Of a stretch of DNA of 64,000 nt, positions 40,650 to 46,937 are shown piece by piece (positions within the stretch are counted from its first letter, which is position 1; every line of letters starts with the position of its first letter). Under the pieces are notes generated by a model. The model worked only from the letters and a program-made list of their open reading frames with translations, did not search any database and was not told the origin of the DNA. Source of the stretch: an uncultured Saprospiraceae bacterium (GTDB lineage Bacteria > Bacteroidota > Bacteroidia > Chitinophagales > Saprospiraceae); assembly GCA_938008185.1 (NCBI GenBank), contig CALLLR010000008.1, positions 1,058-65,057 of the forward strand, given 5' to 3'. The position numbers and the translations under genes were made by a program.

Positions 40650-43070
40650 GATACTCAATCAAATATTTCAACGACTACGGCACCAGATCGCTTACCAGAT
40701 CCGCTTTTGCACGAATTTGAACACCGGGCCATTCATCTTATTACCGAAGCATTCAGCAGTGAGACGCAGGAGACGACTCATATTTCTTTATTAGCAGATG
40801 GATTAGTCGAACTAAGTGAACAGGCATCCGAAATCGGTAGCCTGGCATATCGTCACCTATTGTCCCCAGACCCCGAACGTTTTGAAGACTACCTGATTAC
40901 TTTCGACTGGTCGGAACGAGTAAAATATTTTTTATTATTGTGGCGAGATGTTTTATTTGAGGAGCATAAAACTTTTTTAAGAGTATCAGATGGAGACGTT
41001 AGCCTAAAGTCCTTTCAAGAACAAAAAACGAAATCGCGGGATTTACTTTTTGAATTAAGTAATGATTTAAAAAATTATTTGGAAGCTACAAAAAGGGCCA
41101 CGCCAAATCATGAAAAAGTAAGAGATACCTGGTATCTACAAACCAATCCCTGGCCGGTCTATCAAGTTCAGTTTGCTCAGTTTCAAGAACAAGCAAAAGA
41201 GTTAAGAAGACAATTTGAGGCACTATGGAATTCTTCTGGTGCCTACGTAGTCATCAATAGTCATTTTATTGACACCTTTAATAATTACCTGGAGACGGTT
41301 GAACAGGTGAAAGCAGAAATAATCTCCATTCGGGAAGGGATTAAGGAAAAAGGAAACGAGCCTATTTCAATGGAGGTAGTAAATCAATTGGAAGAGGTAG
41401 ATCGTAAAATTTTAATTTCCAGTAAACTGGGAAAATTCAATGCTGATCTGAACGACCAAATTCAGGAGTTACCTAAAAAAATGAAAGTAAACGTTTGTCT
41501 CAACAACGGATCTTTACAATACAAAGATTTGGATATTCGACAAAGTACCCGCGAATGGCTTGAATCGGAAGTGATGTCGGAAGTTTATGAATTTTTTCAA
41601 ATTAGTAATAATATTCATAGTCGCCTGAACCTGGCAATTGAAAATATTAGAAATCTAATTCAGAACGAACGACTGGAAGATCAGCCCCATCCCACAGGTG
41701 ACATCCTGCAAATCCTACAAAACCTCACCAAAAATCTCGATAAAAGTGGAGAAAATATTCTCGGATTAAGAGAAGATGTAAAAGGCCAGCTGGGGAAAAC
41801 ACTCGGTGTTTCAAAAGTTTTTCAGGAAGACTTTCTTTCCCTCTCCTTTCAATCTACAATCAACCAATATCGCCGCTATAAAATAGCCTGGTGGGAAAAA
41901 TTGAAAATGTGGATCAAAGAAAAAGGCTATTTTATTAAACAATACCGAAAAAGTATTCGCGAAGAAGAAGTTATGTCCGTCTCCGAAAAAATAGTCCGCG
42001 TGGTACGAGCACGTACCGTACAGGCCGATAATTTACACTATACCAACATTTTTATGACTCGCGGATACATCGGCAGCTCTTTTTGGGTAGGCCGTACGGA
42101 CGAACTAAATCACATAAGTACTCAAATCGAAAATTGGCAATTAGGTTACCGAGGCGCACTACTCTTAACAGGGAAAAGATTTTCTGGAAAAACATTGTTG
42201 GGACAACTGGTAAATCACAACTATTTTGGAGATAACGCCATTTCTCTTAATCCCGAAAATAGAATTACACTGCAGGGACGTACTTTCGAGACCACCATGG
42301 ATCTGGGAGCAAGTCTGGATTTTGTCTTGAAATATGCACAAGAACCCACCATGATCTGGATTGACGACCTGGAGCTTTGGCAAGATGATAAAATAACATT
42401 GAGCCAAAACGTTCGTCGCTTAATACGAGCGATTGACCAAAACGCAGGGCGAATTTTCTTTATGGTTTCGACGAGCAACTGGTTATACAATCAGCTCAAA
42501 CAGTGGTTTGACATTGAGAAAATTTTTCAGACAGAAATCACACTGGATCGAATGAGTCTGGAAGACATTAAGAAAGCCGTATTGATTCGACACAGTGCCA
42601 CGCATATGCAATTGATCAATGCGAACGGCGAGGAATTTACTTCTAAAGAACTGGACAAACTGGTAACCCGATTGTATCGAATATCCGAAGGAAATATCGG
42701 CCAGGTGATGCACCACTGGGCGGCGTTGATGCATAAGTATAATGACGAAAAAGTCCAGCCACATTCTGAAACTATGTTTACTTTACCTAATTTTATCACT
42801 CCGGATATTGCGGTACTTTTACGATCTATTATGATCGAACGAAGAACTAATGAGTACCGCTTACGAAAGTATTTGGGACCCACTTTTAAAAACGTATATC
42901 GTCCTATTTTACAACGGGCCATGAATCTGGGTGTCGTACAACGCAACATGAACGGCTGGCTCGAAGTAAACCCAATGGTGGTCAATGAGGTGGGCCGTTT
43001 GTTGGATGAACAACAATATCTGGAATTTGATGGAAAAAAAGGATATACTACCAATCAATCAATAATTTAA
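40647..43070 (+). CDS. Large P-loop NTPase: unknown helical N-terminal half, ATPase_2/AAA_16-like domain and a probable C-terminal winged helix
   Basis: FWVGRTDELNHISTQIENW...LLLTGKRFSGKTLLGQL carries Walker A (GKRFSGKT, nt 42171-42194). Walker B-like MIWIDDLELW. The C-terminal RKYLGPTFKNVYRPILQRAMNLGVV is wHTH-like. Confidence 0.6.
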   Translation: MDTQSNISTTTAPDRLPDPLLHEFEHRAIHLITEAFSSETQETTHISLLADGLVELSEQASEIGSLAYRHLLSPDPERFEDYLITFDWSERVKYFLLLWRDVLFEEHKTFLRVSDGDVSLKSFQEQKTKSRDLLFELSNDLKNYLEATKRATPNHEKVRDTWYLQTNPWPVYQVQFAQFQEQAKELRRQFEALWNSSGAYVVINSHFIDTFNNYLETVEQVKAEIISIREGIKEKGNEPISMEVVNQLEEVDRKILISSKLGKFNADLNDQIQELPKKMKVNVCLNNGSLQYKDLDIRQSTREWLESEVMSEVYEFFQISNNIHSRLNLAIENIRNLIQNERLEDQPHPTGDILQILQNLTKNLDKSGENILGLREDVKGQLGKTLGVSKVFQEDFLSLSFQSTINQYRRYKIAWWEKLKMWIKEKGYFIKQYRKSIREEEVMSVSEKIVRVVRARTVQADNLHYTNIFMTRGYIGSSFWVGRTDELNHISTQIENWQLGYRGALLLTGKRFSGKTLLGQLVNHNYFGDNAISLNPENRITLQGRTFETTMDLGASLDFVLKYAQEPTMIWIDDLELWQDDKITLSQNVRRLIRAIDQNAGRIFFMVSTSNWLYNQLKQWFDIEKIFQTEITLDRMSLEDIKKAVLIRHSATHMQLINANGEEFTSKELDKLVTRLYRISEGNIGQVMHHWAALMHKYNDEKVQPHSETMFTLPNFITPDIAVLLRSIMIERRTNEYRLRKYLGPTFKNVYRPILQRAMNLGVVQRNMNGWLEVNPMVVNEVGRLLDEQQYLEFDGKKGYTTNQSII

Positions 43071-43071
43071 T

Positions 43072-43797
43072 ATGCTGGACGGTTTAATTATTAGCTGGAG
43101 TCACTGGTTTATTTTGATCTTTATTTTTGTAGGGATCTTCATGCTGGTAGGGTTTATTATAAATCTAATCGAGCGCAATACCCGTACGGGTTATTTTTCT
43201 CGTCGTAGTATTCAGTATCTCCGGAAATTTAGAGGACTAATGGAACCATTCGGTATTGGTATTCTCTTAGTGACCTTTGCGCTGATCAACCCACTGGTAC
43301 ACGGCCCGTTGATTTTGGTAAGTTTGGCCCTGGCCTTTATTCCCTTAAAAAATTATTTTACCGGGCATCTTTTGTTATTGAATGATACCTTTTCTGAAGG
43401 TCAGCGCATCAAGGTAAATGGTAACGAAGGAGTAATTGATAAGATTGACCGTTTGGGACTAACACTCCAGATTAAAGAAGGCGTTCGTTTTATTAATTAT
43501 ACCACGCTGATTAACGATGGGTTTACCAAAGTAGAAGGAGAGCGACTGGAAGGCATCAATTTTTTGCAAATTGTTCCTCCGGAAGAAATGGAAGATAAAA
43601 GTATACGCAAGCTCAAAGATAAATTGTTTGCCTGTCCATACATTGATTGGTTTTATCCACCCGAGATTAAAATAGTTGATCAACCTAACCAGAAAATTGC
43701 GTATAAAGCAAGACTAAGAGTGCGTCAGGATCAACATCTTAAACATTTAATAAAGCTACTCGAAGACTGGGGATATCAGTGCCGGCCTATTCTTTAA
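43072..43797 (+). CDS. Small MscS-family mechanosensitive-channel-like protein
   Basis: Three TM helices followed by GQRIKVNGNEGVIDKIDRLGLTLQIKEG (MscS beta-domain signature) and an alpha/beta C-terminal domain. The ATG lies 1 nt after the upstream stop codon. Confidence 0.6.
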   Translation: MLDGLIISWSHWFILIFIFVGIFMLVGFIINLIERNTRTGYFSRRSIQYLRKFRGLMEPFGIGILLVTFALINPLVHGPLILVSLALAFIPLKNYFTGHLLLLNDTFSEGQRIKVNGNEGVIDKIDRLGLTLQIKEGVRFINYTTLINDGFTKVEGERLEGINFLQIVPPEEMEDKSIRKLKDKLFACPYIDWFYPPEIKIVDQPNQKIAYKARLRVRQDQHLKHLIKLLEDWGYQCRPIL

Positions 43798-43848
43798 AGC
43801 TATAGCTTACGATAAAATAAAATTTCAAAAGATTATTAAAATAGAAAA

Positions 43849-45132
43849 ATGTTAGAACCTTATAATCTGCTCATTGAATCCAGTATTATTCTGCTGCTTT
43901 CCTTCGTTTTTGGAGAAATTTCTAAAAGAACCAGTGTGCCATCGGTACTCATGCTGATCGTTTTGGGCATTATCATCAAACTCGGGATTGATAATATTAT
44001 CATTCCGGAAAATCCGTATGACTTTTTTCCTTATTTAGAAATTTTGGGAATTGTCGGACTAATTATGATCGTACTGGAAGCGGCTCTGGAGCTGGAACTT
44101 AAACCGGAGAAATATATTCCGATTGCCAAAGCTTTCGGGATTGCGGCTATCGGATTAATTCTGTCTACCTGGGTAGCCGCAGAAATTTTAAAATATGCTT
44201 TTGAAATGGAAACCACCAAGGCCTGGTTGTACGCTACCCCACTTTCGATTTTATCCAGTGCGATTATTATTCCAAGTGTTAGCGGATTGCGACCTGACAA
44301 AAAGGAGTTTCACATTTACGAGAGTACCTTTTCTGACATCCTGGGGATTATTCTATTTTATTTTTTAAGTGGTAAACTACTCGCAGAGTACGACCCTATT
44401 GGCCACCCTGGCGGCGGTGCAGCAGCCTATGCCGGTACGATCGGACTGACGGTTATTCTATCGCTGATTGCCAGTTATATCATCGTCTTGATATTTCAGA
44501 ATATCAAGAGCCACGTAAAATTATTTCTACTGATTGCGGTACTATTACTCCTGTATTCGGTCGGTAAAAAAATGCACTTATCCTCACTCATCATCATTCT
44601 GGTTTTTGGATTATTGATTGCTAATATGAGATTATTTTTCCGCGGACCTTTAAAAAAGATGCTAAACTATAAAAAGGCCTTGCATATCTACGAAGGGCTT
44701 CACGTCATTACGATGGAAACGGCTTTTGTGGTACGTACCTTTTTCTTTGTAATTTTCGGTATTATTATCGAATTGAATACATTGGCTAGTATAAAAGTAG
44801 CCGCAGTTAGTATCGGAATTATATTTTCAATTTATTTAATTCGCTATGTCGTTTTGCGGATAATGATTGGGAAAGATATTCTACCACAATTATTTGTCGC
44901 GCCTCGGGGCTTAATTACCGTATTATTATTTTACGCTATTCCGGAAGAACTTGCCGTGGAAAACTTCGAAAAAGGAGTTCTGTTATTTATTATTATCGGA
45001 ACAAGTTTAATCATGACTGGTGCAATGATCAGTGATAAAAAACGATCCGGCGTAGCCATCAGAAAAGCAGAACGTAACATGGTAGGATCAGAGCCCTGGA
45101 CCGCACCAACCGTGGTGGAAAAAGAGGATTAG
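43849..45132 (+). CDS. Cation:proton antiporter (Na+/H+ exchanger family)
   Basis: About 12 TM helices. N-terminal FGEISKRTSVPSVLMLIVLGIII is typical of the CPA1/CPA2 families. Confidence 0.75.
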   Translation: MLEPYNLLIESSIILLLSFVFGEISKRTSVPSVLMLIVLGIIIKLGIDNIIIPENPYDFFPYLEILGIVGLIMIVLEAALELELKPEKYIPIAKAFGIAAIGLILSTWVAAEILKYAFEMETTKAWLYATPLSILSSAIIIPSVSGLRPDKKEFHIYESTFSDILGIILFYFLSGKLLAEYDPIGHPGGGAAAYAGTIGLTVILSLIASYIIVLIFQNIKSHVKLFLLIAVLLLLYSVGKKMHLSSLIIILVFGLLIANMRLFFRGPLKKMLNYKKALHIYEGLHVITMETAFVVRTFFFVIFGIIIELNTLASIKVAAVSIGIIFSIYLIRYVVLRIMIGKDILPQLFVAPRGLITVLLFYAIPEELAVENFEKGVLLFIIIGTSLIMTGAMISDKKRSGVAIRKAERNMVGSEPWTAPTVVEKED

Positions 45133-45170
45133 TGAGGAAAATGAATACTTAAGAATTTTGTAATGAATAG

Positions 45171-45205
45171 TGCCCTCAATCGCGTACTCCTACGCATTGA
45201 GGGCA
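45171..45205 (+). terminator. Hairpin terminator after the antiporter gene; first copy of a repeated hairpin family
   Basis: tgccctcaat-(15 nt)-attgagggca followed by tttataatt. Confidence 0.55.
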
Positions 45206-45227
45206 TTTATAATTACCCAAACATTTG

Positions 45228-45301
45228 TATTCCCGACGGGGCTCGAACCCGCAATCTCTGCTGTGAAAAAGCAACGACTTAACCAATTTGTCCACAGGAA
45301 C
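45228..45301 (-). tRNA. tRNA-Glu (UUC)
   Basis: By-eye cloverleaf: acceptor GTTCCTG/CGGGAAT (G1-U72, U6-G67), anticodon arm TTGCT-TTTTCAC-AGCAG, T arm GCGGG-TTCGAGC-CCCGT. No encoded CCA. Confidence 0.7.
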
Positions 45302-45312
45302 AGTGAAAAAAG

Positions 45313-45386
45313 TTATCCCGATGGGGATCGAACCCATAACCCACGGTTTAAAAGACCGTTACTCTAGCCAATTGAGCTACGAGGTA
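45313..45386 (-). tRNA. tRNA-Lys (UUU)
   Basis: Acceptor TACCTCG/CGGGATA (U1-A72, C3-A70 mismatch), D arm GCTC-AATTGGCTA-GAGT, anticodon arm ACGGT-CTTTTAA-ACCGT, T arm ATGGG-TTCGATC-CCCAT. Confidence 0.7.
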
Positions 45387-45393
45387 ATGCTAG

Positions 45394-45464
45394 CAGAAGC
45401 ATAGGGATTCGAACCCTAGCAGAGCAGTTTTGGAGACCACTTGACACAACCGACGCTTACTTCT
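45394..45464 (-). tRNA. tRNA-Trp (CCA), atypical (no clear D stem)
   Basis: Acceptor AGAAGTA/TGCTTCT (A1-U72), anticodon arm GTGGT-CTCCAAA-ACTGC, T arm TAGGG-TTCGAAT-CCCTA, G73. Only 17 nt lie between the acceptor and anticodon stems, and I could not draw a Watson-Crick D stem. Confidence 0.55.
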
Positions 45465-45500
45465 GTTTTTTATTCAGTAATGAATAATTAAAAATCACAG

Positions 45501-45572
45501 TGGCAACACGGGAATCGAACCCTACCCTTTCCGGCTTCAACGGAATGCTCTCACCAAGTGAGCTATATTGCC
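45501..45572 (-). tRNA. tRNA-Phe (GAA), atypical T stem
   Basis: Acceptor GGCAATA/TGTTGCC, D arm GCTC-ACTTGGTGA-GAGC, anticodon arm TTCCG-TTGAAGC-CGGAA. In the T arm GGG-TTCGATT-CCC only 3 GC pairs are evident. Confidence 0.6.
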
Positions 45573-45602
45573 ATTTAACTAAAAAACATTACTTGTACTA
45601 TG

Positions 45603-45676
45603 TTCCGATGGATGGATTCGAACCACCAACCTCTTACGTATCAGGTAAGTGCGCTGACCAATTGCGCCACACCAGA
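45603..45676 (-). tRNA. tRNA-Ile (GAU)
   Basis: Acceptor TCTGGTG/CATCGGA (U1-A72, two G-U pairs), D arm GCGC-AATTGGTCA-GCGC, anticodon arm CTTAC-CTGATAC-GTAAG, T arm GGTGG-TTCGAAT-CCATC. Confidence 0.75.
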
Positions 45677-45685
45677 GTTTCTTAG

Positions 45686-45757
45686 AGCTGATGACCGGAA
45701 TCGAACCGATAGTATCCTAATTACAAATTAGGTGCATTACCGTTTTGCTACATCAGC
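45686..45757 (-). tRNA. tRNA-Thr (UGU)
   Basis: Acceptor GCTGATG/CATCAGC, anticodon arm CCTAA-TTTGTAA-TTAGG, T arm ATCGG-TTCGATT-CCGGT, U73. Confidence 0.75.
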
Positions 45758-45780
45758 TTATTTTCATTAAAAGTACATTG

Positions 45781-45853
45781 CGTCTCAGATAGGACTCGAA
45801 CCTATATTCCTCACCTTAACAGGGTGTCGCTTTACCAAATTAGCTACCAAGAC
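45781..45853 (-). tRNA. tRNA-Asn (GUU)
   Basis: Acceptor GTCTTGG/CTGAGAC, anticodon arm ACACC-CTGTTAA-GGTGA, T arm ATAGG-TTCGAGT-CCTAT, G73. Confidence 0.75.
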
Positions 45854-45880
45854 TTTTAAATAATCCTTTAATCATTTTAG

Positions 45881-45954
45881 TAGCGATGGAGAGATTCGAA
45901 CTCCCGATCTACTCTGTGTAAGAGAGTTGCGTTAAACCGCTACGCTACATCGCT
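45881..45954 (-). tRNA. tRNA-Val (UAC)
   Basis: Acceptor AGCGATG/CATCGCT (A1-U72), D arm GCGT-AGCGGTTTA-ACGC, anticodon arm ACTCT-CTTACAC-AGAGT, T arm GGGAG-TTCGAAT-CTCTC. Confidence 0.8.
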
Positions 45955-45967
45955 ATTTCTACTTTTG

Positions 45968-46054
45968 CGGAAAGAGTGGGAGTCGAACCCACACGAGTCG
46001 TTAGCTCCGAACTGTTTTCAAGACAGTGGCCACCACCTATTGGCTTGTCTTTCC
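45968..46054 (-). tRNA. tRNA-Ser (UGA), long variable arm
   Basis: Acceptor GGAAAGA/TCTTTCC, anticodon arm ACTGT-CTTGAAA-ACAGT, a variable arm of about 18 nt, T arm GTGGG-TTCGACT-CCCAC, G73. Confidence 0.8.
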
Positions 46055-46078
46055 GTTTTTTTAAAAAATCATTCATTG

Positions 46079-46151
46079 TCCAAGCGGTAGGAGTTTTGAA
46101 CCTACACTCCCTGCATCCCAAATGCAGTGCTCTCCGTTAAGCTACGCCTGG
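46079..46151 (-). tRNA. tRNA-Pro (UGG), atypical 9-nt T loop
   Basis: Acceptor CCAGGCG/CGCTTGG (C1-G72), anticodon arm CTGCA-TTTGGGA-TGCAG, T arm GTAGG-TTCAAAACT-CCTAC, A73. Confidence 0.6.
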
Positions 46152-46253
46152 ATATTTAATATTCATAGATACCTTCCCATTTTCAAATTGTATACACTAA
46201 GGGCATTAATCATTGTTGAACATTCGATATTCAACATTCAATATTTCAAATAG

Positions 46254-46327
46254 CGGTAACGACGGGAATCGAACCCGCAACTTGAGGATAGACAATCCCC
46301 TGCTCTACCTGATTGAACTACGTCACC
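46254..46327 (-). tRNA. tRNA-Asp (GUC)
   Basis: Acceptor GGTGACG/CGTTACC, D arm GTTC-AATCAGGTA-GAGC, anticodon arm GGGGA-TTGTCTA-TCCTC (pyrimidine at position 37), T arm GCGGG-TTCGATT-CCCGT, G73. Confidence 0.7.
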
Positions 46328-46369
46328 GTTTATACTCAATTAACAATGTTATCCAACGCGGATGCTGTT

Positions 46370-46387
46370 CTACGCATTGAGGGCATT
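46370..46387. repeat. 18-bp direct repeat of 45190-45207 (ctacgcattgagggcatt)
   Basis: Identical 18-mer on both sides of the tRNA array. The right copy carries only the 3' half of the left hairpin. Confidence 0.9.
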
Positions 46388-46812
46388 ATTAATTAATAAA
46401 AAACAGTATACAAACTTGGAAATTAGATATTGGAATCTTGGTTCATAACTGCTTTTTTCTAACAGCTATAAACTCCTTTGAGATAAACTACTAGATAGGT
46501 TTGGGAATAAAAGACCCACTAGGATCACCGGCCCAGACGCTAAATTGCGTGCCGCCCGTGGGTTCCTGGTCCTTCTCCCGTTTTGAGGAAATACTAAAAT
46601 TCATATTTTGAATTACTAATTGCATTCTTTAAAGATAATGTTTTATACGCGTAAAATTACGTTCGCACTTTCAAAATACTAAACCGTTATATCCCTGATA
46701 AAAGTTCCGGATGGGTTTAATTTATTTTCATAAAAAAACAAACATCTGCCTTTACCAACTGTGAATCAACCATTTAGAAGATAGATTATTTTAAAATAAA
46801 ATCTATAAACAT

Positions 46813-46852
46813 AAAAAACTTCCTCCCACCCAAAGGTAGAAAGAAGTTTTTT
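46813..46852 (-). terminator. Intrinsic terminator of the acyl-CoA dehydrogenase gene
   Basis: Minus-strand RNA cuucuuucuacc-uuu-gggugggaggaag (G-U rich, 12 bp) followed by uuuuuu. An A-run on the other side makes it potentially bidirectional. Confidence 0.6.
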
Positions 46853-46866
46853 CTTAAAATTATTCA

Positions 46867-46912
46867 ATGATTCCCTCCGTACGTAACCTACGATTGAGGG
46901 TATTATTAATTA
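46867..46912. repeat. Third, diverged copy of the hairpin family seen at 45164-45215
   Basis: aatgattccctccgtacgtaacctacgattgagggtattattaatta compared with aatagtgccctcaatcgcgtactcctacgcattgagggcatttataatta. Confidence 0.6.
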
Positions 46913-46937
46913 TTCATTCAAATATTACTCATTACCC

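Noticed and set aside
45170-45685. Plus-strand ORFs of 65 aa (45170..45367) and 61 aa (45500..45685)
   Set aside because: They are antisense to the tightly packed tRNA genes. Their apparent conservation-like sequence (GLEP, GIEP, GFEPP) is just the reverse complement of the T arms.
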